DNA from: an uncultured candidate division Zixibacteria bacterium
Lineage (GTDB): Bacteria; Zixibacteria; MSB-5A5; UBA10806; 4484-95
Assembly (NCBI GenBank): GCA_963668625.2
Contig: CAXXKA010000010.1
Location: 224,001 to 288,000, forward strand
Reading direction: 5' to 3'
Length of the DNA stretch: 64,000 bases
This document shows, piece by piece, positions 57,062 to 64,000 of this stretch. Position 1 is the stretch's first letter; every line of letters begins with the position of its first letter. The position numbers and the translations under genes were made by a program. The notes beneath the pieces were generated by a model. The model was not told the origin of the DNA and searched no databases. It was given only the letters and a program-made list of their open reading frames with translations.

Positions 57062-58183
57062 TCAGGCAATCGTTTTACGGTATTCCGAGGGGGTCATTTT
57101 CATGTATTTCTTGAACGAGGTATTGAAAACGGATTTTGAGTTGAATCCGGCCTCGTAGGCGATTGCCAGGATGGAATAACTTTCGTAGTGTTTATCGGAA
57201 AGCATTCGTTTGACATCCTCGATCCGATAGCGGTTGATGAAATCGAAAAAGTTCTGGTTCAGCTTCTCGTTTATTATCTGCGAAATATGGTAGCTTGGGA
57301 TTTTGACTTTCGAGGAAAGATCTTTTATCGTCAGGTTGCTTTCCCGATATGGCTTTTCGGATTCCATGAATTCGAGCAGTTTCTCCTGGTATGACTGTGC
57401 TTTATCATCCGTGAGTGAGGATTTCTCGTACCGTTTGCCGCCTTCCTGTTCATCCTTGCCTATGAAAATCTCCGGCTGATGGATAGTTTTATATGTATCG
57501 TAAAACAGCACCGTGGCTACCAAAATCGGGATGATCAACTGCAAATAAATCCCCCACACGGACTGGCCGCCGCCGAAACTTATTAATATAAGCGTCATCA
57601 TGATGGCGAAAATCAGGGCCATACCGTAGATAGAGTGCCGAAGCCACCTGAGATTAATTTTATCCAGTGAGGAGTAAGAGTTTTTGACTTTTTCCTCATA
57701 GTTATTTAAGACTTTCTGAGAGAGGAGTAAATATATAAAGACATGCGCTACTATAAATATCGAAACGATAAGTTCTATAATCATCTCATCATCGCTGTCG
57801 GTCCTGATAATTTCCAGTTTGCTTTCGGCTGGCAATAGATATATTGGCGAGAGGGGTATTATATAGATGATAAAAGGCAGAAAATGTAACGTGAATTTCA
57901 AGCCGGGTTTGTAATCACCGTAGGTTATATAGCGAGTGTATAGCATCATTAGCGGCCCGAATAGCAAAACCAGCGGGTGTCCTGTCATATATAAATGGGG
58001 AGCGTAAGTTATATACCCGGAGGTAATAAGCACTACCGGGAGTATGCTGAATCCGAACAAGATAAGCAACAGCCCCCAGACACGATTGGCTTTCCTGTTG
58101 CCGCGAGTGAGTGTGATCATGAGTATTCCCATGAAAGTGCCCTGGGCTATCGCGAACAGTATTATTATTGTTAAGACATTCAT
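57062..58183 (-). CDS. Membrane-bound (about 7 TM) AraC-family regulator
   Basis: Hydrophobic N-terminal half; KPYRESNLTI...FFDFINRYRI...IAYEAGFNSKSVFNTSFKK..TPSEYR. Confidence 0.93.
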   Translation of the reverse strand: MNVLTIIILFAIAQGTFMGILMITLTRGNRKANRVWGLLLILFGFSILPVVLITSGYITYAPHLYMTGHPLVLLFGPLMMLYTRYITYGDYKPGLKFTLHFLPFIIYIIPLSPIYLLPAESKLEIIRTDSDDEMIIELIVSIFIVAHVFIYLLLSQKVLNNYEEKVKNSYSSLDKINLRWLRHSIYGMALIFAIMMTLILISFGGGQSVWGIYLQLIIPILVATVLFYDTYKTIHQPEIFIGKDEQEGGKRYEKSSLTDDKAQSYQEKLLEFMESEKPYRESNLTIKDLSSKVKIPSYHISQIINEKLNQNFFDFINRYRIEDVKRMLSDKHYESYSILAIAYEAGFNSKSVFNTSFKKYMKMTPSEYRKTIA

Positions 58184-58346
58184 CCGTAATATTATATACG
58201 GCTTGAACGCTATTCTTGAAAGAAATAATTTACTGTTTTTCGTTAGTTAATATGTGAAATTCGGCGTGAAGTAATATTACGGTTATTACCGGCACTATAA
58301 CATACTTTATGAAAAACTTGAGATTTAATCCTAAACGACAAATGCT

Positions 58347-58592
58347 TTACATCATCATATCAACAGAACCTGTCTGAGATTGTTTTTTGTCCATCATGTT
58401 GGGTTTGGAGGGGGCGTAGGCCATTCCCTTCTCTTTGTCTGCTTGCATCGTCTTTTTATCTTTCTCTTTTTGCTGCTCGATTATGTTTTGCTTATCTTTT
58501 TCTTGTTGCATCTGAGTGACAGGCTTGTTTGTCGTTCTGGATGACATCATATCTTCTCTGCCAATCATTCCGCTATATGAACCTACTCTCAT
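58347..58592 (-). CDS. Small hypothetical charged protein
   Basis: 81 aa, rich in Q/K/E/M, GGGGG RBS-like site, ends TGSVDMMM. Confidence 0.6.
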   Translation of the reverse strand: MRVGSYSGMIGREDMMSSRTTNKPVTQMQQEKDKQNIIEQQKEKDKKTMQADKEKGMAYAPSKPNMMDKKQSQTGSVDMMM

Positions 58593-58724
58593 CTTATTTC
58601 CCCCGTGTTCGGTTTTATTGGTTTGGTCATGTAAACGATCCGATATAATGAATGGTTTTCGATTTTCTAAGAATGTTCAATGATTATACAGTATTGCAAA
58701 CGGAGAAAATTAGATCTTCAATTA

Positions 58725-59084
58725 TTACTTATCCAACCATATGGAGTCGCCGGATTCGTGGTTGGTTTTAAAAACGAACACTTTCCAGGCTTTATCGGAA
58801 TCGTTTTTGACACTGTGTATATCGTCAGGTTCGGTCAGGATAATATCGCCCGGAGCGGTATGAACGATTTCGCCCTTAATAATCATTAACGCATTGCCCT
58901 CGACAACATAGATTACCTCGAATGCGCCGGCGTGATAATGCGGCTTAACCTCACTGCCCGGCTCGACGACTACGATCTGGGCCAATGTGCCGGGTTGATG
59001 TAAATCATCTTCGTCGAAAAATATCTTTTTCTTATAGCCGTCGGCGATCGTCCATTCGGTATTTTCATTTTTAATAATTTTCAT
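58725..59084 (-). CDS. Cupin domain protein
   Basis: PHYH...EVIYVVEG and PGDIILTEPDDIHSV metal-binding motifs. Confidence 0.9.
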   Translation of the reverse strand: MKIIKNENTEWTIADGYKKKIFFDEDDLHQPGTLAQIVVVEPGSEVKPHYHAGAFEVIYVVEGNALMIIKGEIVHTAPGDIILTEPDDIHSVKNDSDKAWKVFVFKTNHESGDSIWLDK

Positions 59085-59383
59085 GATATGAATGTAAACT
59101 AGTTTAACGAGATTCGAGTTTCATCATCACCTTTTCGTTATTGATATGGCGGCGATTAAAGTAAAAATTGTATTTTCTTAATATTATAGCCCTCTATTGT
59201 TATTAATTCCTTGACACTGTACGTTTTGTTTTCTTATAATCAGGTTAATTCGACATTTTTTTTAGCTATCAGATTAACACTAATAATTGCAAGCATAATA
59301 GTTAAATATTACTTGTTATTTCCAGTATTGATATATTGGAAGATTCTCTATTTATCACAACATTAACCAATAGGAGGCAAAAC

Positions 59384-59641
59384 ATGGCTTGTAGTGCGGT
59401 AACTTATCACGGCGTAAACCAGAAAGTGTTCGATTGTCTTAAATCGGCGCTGGAAAAGGCCGGCATCAAAGTGCCGGATAGTCATAGCGGGACGATATCG
59501 GGACACGGCATCAAAGCTGATTTCAAATGGGATGGCAACGATAGCCTTTGGATTAAGGTGACCGATAAACCGTTTATCATTACCTGTAGCTATGTTGTCG
59601 GAAAAATACATTCTGCGATACATGGCTGCGGCGGTCAGTAG
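59384..59641 (+). CDS. Small hypothetical 4-Cys protein (85 aa)
   Basis: AGGAGG RBS before ATG 59384; MACS...DCL...KPFIITC...GCGGQ. Confidence 0.75.
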   Translation: MACSAVTYHGVNQKVFDCLKSALEKAGIKVPDSHSGTISGHGIKADFKWDGNDSLWIKVTDKPFIITCSYVVGKIHSAIHGCGGQ

Positions 59642-59767
59642 TCGATAGATTTGGGAAGGGATTCCTCTTGTCATATGCTGCGAACATCAAGAGCTGGATT
59701 TCCTTCCCTTATTAATATCTTTTCTCCCGATACTCATCATGGGAGTCAACAAACCGGAAATAATATC

Positions 59768-60889
59768 TTACCTGCAGACATCTTTGAATAATCTCAGAAA
59801 ATTGCCATATGCTATTTTATGAATATCATCCTTTTTATAACCATGTAAAATTAATTCCGCCGGTATATTTTGCACCATCGAGCAATCCTCGAGTCCCGTA
59901 GGCGTGGAGGATATACCATCGAAATCCGAACCGATCCCGACATGTTCGATACCGGCCAGTTTCGTCACGTAGTCAAGATGATCGGCTATTTGTTTAACGC
60001 CGGGTCTTAGATGCCGGTAACTTCGTTCGCCCTCTAGTATGAACTTGAAATCGCGTTTCAACGCCTCCTGATATTCGGACTCGCTTATTTCGGAGGTATA
60101 AAGCTTTAACAGCTCTTTTAATTTCTCGGCGGGTACCAGGCTCCAGAACTGCTCGTAAGCTTTATCGAATTCATCGGAGATGAAATTGTTAACGAATGTT
60201 ATGCCTATCAAACCGCCTGATTTTGCTATGCAAGTGATGAGCTCATCCGGTAAATTACGGCTGTGTCGGGCCAGTGCGCGGGCGTTCGAGTGCGAGGCGA
60301 TTACCGGCGCGGAGGATATCCCGAGCACATCGGCGGTGGTTTTATCGCCGCTATGTGATAAATCTATAATCATACCAAGCCTGTTCAACTCGGCGATAAT
60401 CTCCCGGCCGAGATCGTCAAGTCCCCTGGTTTTGGAGTCGACCTCCTTGTGGCAGGTACACCAATCCAACGGTAACTCGTGCGCGATGGTGAAAATACGT
60501 ACGCCTTCATCATAGAAACGCTCGAGTTTGTAGGGATCATTCGTCAGCGCCTGTCCACCTTCTATTGCCAGTATGGCTGCGATTTTACCGGATGAGCCGA
60601 CGCGCTCGATATCATCCGAGCAGGTGCATAACTCGATCGATTCGGAAAGCCTGCAGAATTCGCGTTTTAGTAATTCGATCTGCTTACTCACATTATCGAA
60701 ATGATCTCCCGGTTTTTCGGCGTAGACCGAAGTCGTGGCGAATACCTGAAGTTTCACGCCGCCCTCGATCAGTCGGGGAATATCTATATGATTCCTGTCG
60801 TGGCGTTTACCGATATCATAACCACGTTGCATCGGTAATACGGTGTCACAGTGAAAGTCAGCTATGGGGAATTTATCTTTTTTATTCAT
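59768..60889 (-). CDS. M19-family (renal dipeptidase-like) Zn dipeptidase
   Basis: DFHCD, AIEGG, IDLSH, ASHSN, RNLPD, HVGIGSDFDG, GNFLR. Confidence 0.93.
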   Translation of the reverse strand: MNKKDKFPIADFHCDTVLPMQRGYDIGKRHDRNHIDIPRLIEGGVKLQVFATTSVYAEKPGDHFDNVSKQIELLKREFCRLSESIELCTCSDDIERVGSSGKIAAILAIEGGQALTNDPYKLERFYDEGVRIFTIAHELPLDWCTCHKEVDSKTRGLDDLGREIIAELNRLGMIIDLSHSGDKTTADVLGISSAPVIASHSNARALARHSRNLPDELITCIAKSGGLIGITFVNNFISDEFDKAYEQFWSLVPAEKLKELLKLYTSEISESEYQEALKRDFKFILEGERSYRHLRPGVKQIADHLDYVTKLAGIEHVGIGSDFDGISSTPTGLEDCSMVQNIPAELILHGYKKDDIHKIAYGNFLRLFKDVCR

Positions 60890-60999
60890 TCATGATTTCC
60901 AGTCGGTGATTCGTTATTTTACCGGAAAAAGTAGAGATACCTCTAGCGACTCTACTTCTTTAATCGGTTGTATTTATTTGTTTACGACTTACGAGTGCT

Positions 61000-63579
61000 T
61001 TATTTTACCAGTGTCATCTTCCTGGAACTCTGACCATCCGCCGTCCTCATGCTCAGGAAATACGTTCCGCTGGCGAGTGGGGAAGCGTCATAGGTTAGCT
61101 TATGTTCACCTGCTGAAACTTCGCGATCGACCAGCGTGGCGGCTAATCGTCCTGTTATATCATAAACCGAGAGATTGACATGACCTGGTTTTAAGAGCTC
61201 GTACGAAATCGTAGTTGCGGCATTGAACGGATTGGGATAGTTCTGATTTAGTTTATAGGATACGGGACGCGACCGGTCGGGATCATCGATACCGACCGCG
61301 CCGAGATCGAACTCATACATCGAACGGCCGTGCGTCCCCGATATCAGCTTGAATGGATTGGAGCAGATATCGATATCGAACACCGGGCAGATCGGGTGAT
61401 CCGGGCTCATACCCTGCCAGGTAGTACCGTTGTTGTCGCTGTAGAACATGCCGAAATCGGTACCGATATATAACCATCCCCTACGTTGCGGGTCGGGCAG
61501 TATATCGTTAACCGGCACGCCCTCGAGGTTACCCGAGATATCGCTCCAGGTGGCTCCCAGGGTTTCGGTTTTGAAAATGTGCGGCATTAAATCATCAACT
61601 TTATAGCCTGTGAAAGTGACATAACATACGGTCTCATCGTAAACATCCGCACTGACACGACTGCACCAGCGATCCGGTAGATCATCCGAAACCATCTCCC
61701 ACGAACCGCCGCCGTCCTCCGTAACCCACACCCGCGAATCATCCGTGCCCGCCCAGATAATATCCGGGTTGAGAGGGGACTGGCTGATAGTAGTGATCGT
61801 ACCGAAAAGCAAACTGCCATCACCTGGCCCGCCTGTCAAATCGGGACTGATCGCGTTGAATGACAGGCCGGCGTTGGTTGTTTTGTACACTCGCTGAGCG
61901 CCATAGAATAGTATGTCGTTATCGAAATGACTCATTACTACCGGAGTACACCAGTTGGACCTCTCGCCATGAATGTTCGAGTTAAATATCAGGTCCCAGT
62001 TATTTCCCAGATCTGTTGATTTCCCCAGGTAGCCGTATTGTGCCTCGGCGTAGATAGTATTCGAGTTGGTGAAATCGACATTGACATAGAAACCATCCCC
62101 GTAGAATAACGTCTCCCAATCATCCACGCCCCCCGTGATAGTACCCGGTGTGCTGTTATCCTGAGTGCCGCCATATATACGATACGGCGTATTTTTATCG
62201 ATGGTGATAGCGTAGAACTGGGTGATAGGCAGATCGTAGCATTTGGTCCAGCTATTGCCTCCGTTTTCCGTGATAAACACGCCGCCGTCATTGCCGTTTA
62301 TCATGTACTCCGGGTTGGTCGGGTCGATATAAAGCGCGTGATGGTCTACGTGCGTAATTCCCGAGATATCGTACCAGTAAGAACCGCCGTTATAAGAACG
62401 CCATAAGCTGACATCCCCGAAACACACGATATCCTGATCTACGGGGTGCGCCCATATTTGCCCGAAATACCACCCAAACGAGGAAAACGAGCCGACATTG
62501 GGATTGACCAGCATATCGCTCCAGTTATCACCGCCGTTATCAGTGCGGTAGAAATCGATAAGATCGCCGGGATGATTTACCACGCTGGCGTACAACCGTG
62601 ACGGGTTGCTCGGGCAGATAGCCAGCCCGATACGGCCGATATCCTCACCAGATGGCAATCCGGTTGTCAGGCGATCCCAGTTATCTCCGCCATCGATAGA
62701 CCGATAGATACCGCTATGCGTGCCTCCCACGCGACGGTCTTCCGGTCCACGTATGCGTTGCCACATTGAGGCATATACTATATCGGTGTTGCTCGGATTA
62801 ATCACGATATCGATACAGCCGGTAGAATCGTTGGTGAAAAGCACCTGCTCCCAGTTCGTGCCGCCATTGGTGGAACGATACACGCCGCGGTCGTTGCTGG
62901 TGGAAAACAGCGAACCCATCGAGGCCACGAACAGCTTCGTGTTATCGGAGGGATCGATAGCCACCCGGCCGATATGGCAGCTATTGGCAAAACCCAAAAA
63001 CTCCCAATCATCACCGCCGTTGGTAGTGCGATATAAACCGGTACCGGCGTACGAGTCACCCGAGGAATTCGCCTCGCCCGTGCCCAGATAGAGCACATCC
63101 GGATCATCAGGATCGACCGCCAGGTCACCGACCGAAAGCGAGGGGACATCATCGGAGATGAACTCCCAGCTCTGCCCACGGTCATCCGATTTCAGCACTC
63201 CGCCCAACGCCGCGCCGGCGTATATCAGGTCGGGGGAATCCGGATGAGCGGCGATAGCCGTAATCCGACCGCCCACGTTGTAAGGTCCCACCTGGCTGCA
63301 GGGAAAATCGACTAAACCGACGGAGGCGTGATGTACCGCCCGGGCTATATGGAGAGCTGCTTTGTACTCGGCTTTAGGGATGTCACGATAGGGGTATGCA
63401 CGCGAGATAGTGAACCACTCGGTTGGCTTTTTGGAGGTCAGGCCTTCGCGTTTTTCTATCTTATATTTAGTAAATTGCTCTTTGGTGGATGGGCTTCCAT
63501 CTATGCCAAGTTGATATATGGCAAAACCCGTGATTAACGCGACTACGATTCCCGCGATAATATATTTCCAGACAGACAT
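61000..63579 (-). CDS. VPS10/BNR beta-propeller (GH74-like fold) protein with a T9SS-type CTD
   Basis: GGAGG RBS; GPYNVGGRITAI; many SxDGGxxW Asp-boxes; HVDHHA; GGTQDNS; THGRS; QNYPNPFN...KMTLVK. Confidence 0.9.
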   Translation of the reverse strand: MSVWKYIIAGIVVALITGFAIYQLGIDGSPSTKEQFTKYKIEKREGLTSKKPTEWFTISRAYPYRDIPKAEYKAALHIARAVHHASVGLVDFPCSQVGPYNVGGRITAIAAHPDSPDLIYAGAALGGVLKSDDRGQSWEFISDDVPSLSVGDLAVDPDDPDVLYLGTGEANSSGDSYAGTGLYRTTNGGDDWEFLGFANSCHIGRVAIDPSDNTKLFVASMGSLFSTSNDRGVYRSTNGGTNWEQVLFTNDSTGCIDIVINPSNTDIVYASMWQRIRGPEDRRVGGTHSGIYRSIDGGDNWDRLTTGLPSGEDIGRIGLAICPSNPSRLYASVVNHPGDLIDFYRTDNGGDNWSDMLVNPNVGSFSSFGWYFGQIWAHPVDQDIVCFGDVSLWRSYNGGSYWYDISGITHVDHHALYIDPTNPEYMINGNDGGVFITENGGNSWTKCYDLPITQFYAITIDKNTPYRIYGGTQDNSTPGTITGGVDDWETLFYGDGFYVNVDFTNSNTIYAEAQYGYLGKSTDLGNNWDLIFNSNIHGERSNWCTPVVMSHFDNDILFYGAQRVYKTTNAGLSFNAISPDLTGGPGDGSLLFGTITTISQSPLNPDIIWAGTDDSRVWVTEDGGGSWEMVSDDLPDRWCSRVSADVYDETVCYVTFTGYKVDDLMPHIFKTETLGATWSDISGNLEGVPVNDILPDPQRRGWLYIGTDFGMFYSDNNGTTWQGMSPDHPICPVFDIDICSNPFKLISGTHGRSMYEFDLGAVGIDDPDRSRPVSYKLNQNYPNPFNAATTISYELLKPGHVNLSVYDITGRLAATLVDREVSAGEHKLTYDASPLASGTYFLSMRTADGQSSRKMTLVK

Positions 63580-64000
63580 GATTAGCCTCCAGTTTTTGAT
63601 ATTAGTAGTTTGTATCAATATACGAAAAATTAACAGGATGGGGAAATACTAATTTGGAAGAGATCCAAAGAAGCAGGGGATTTCAGTACAAAAAGTATTA
63701 TCTATCGTAAGGTGATAAGCTAAACCCGACCCGCCGGCGACCTGTCCAGCATGATGTTTGCTCTGTTCTCGAATCAACCCCTTATTTACCATCTACAGAA
63801 AAAACGCCGGTACGATCTAACGGATATCGAGTATGATATATTTGCGGAAAAATTATCATTAAGTTGTATTTTGACTAAACGGCTAAAATATTTTCGTGAA
63901 ATGTCAGGTTAAACCAGAACCTACCGACAGGTTTGACTGGAGTCGCAATACCTCGGAATTGAGGTTTATCGATATCCTGCCACGATATCCCGGTGAAAGA

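Noticed and set aside
54600-58183. TonB-dependent receptor plus membrane AraC as a novel system
   Set aside because: A common arrangement in FCB-group genomes; nothing unusual visible.
63896-64000. Open frame from GTG 63896 to the window end
   Set aside because: Only 35 codons, no RBS or recognisable motif; cannot be judged here.

Overview
Bacterial chromosomal window, probably from an FCB-superphylum organism such as candidate Zixibacteria. This is inferred from the mix of FlgD-Ig/T9SS-type C-terminal tails, dockerins, PEP-CTERM and a TonB-dependent receptor/membrane-AraC pair. Its core (about 18.8-52.1 kb, plus a paralogue at 5.2-7.1 kb) is a co-oriented cluster of secreted proteins built from cohesin-like, dockerin and Ig/cadherin modules with no recognisable catalytic domain. 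It includes a 5816-aa, ~61-repeat rod with an exact 931-aa super-repeat and a 2128-aa Cys-rich mosaic protein. Two dockerin classes sort by architecture, which suggests a cellulosome-like but non-cellulolytic surface assembly. Divergent from the cluster is an unannotated 25-aa peptide gene (MEEVVLVVEELEERVAPAGYSGAGS, perfect SD) that converges on a GAF-PAS histidine kinase / Ser-Thr kinase-TPR pair. An IS110 element sits in a Shine-Dalgarno site and carries two AGGAG-ending motifs in its putative bridge-RNA region. The window also holds a likely inactive GH35, a likely inactive PD-(D/E)XK nuclease, sigma54-type promoters, REP/MITE clusters and ordinary genes. No rRNA, tRNA or CRISPR array was seen. 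All domain calls come from reading motifs by eye; no searches were run.
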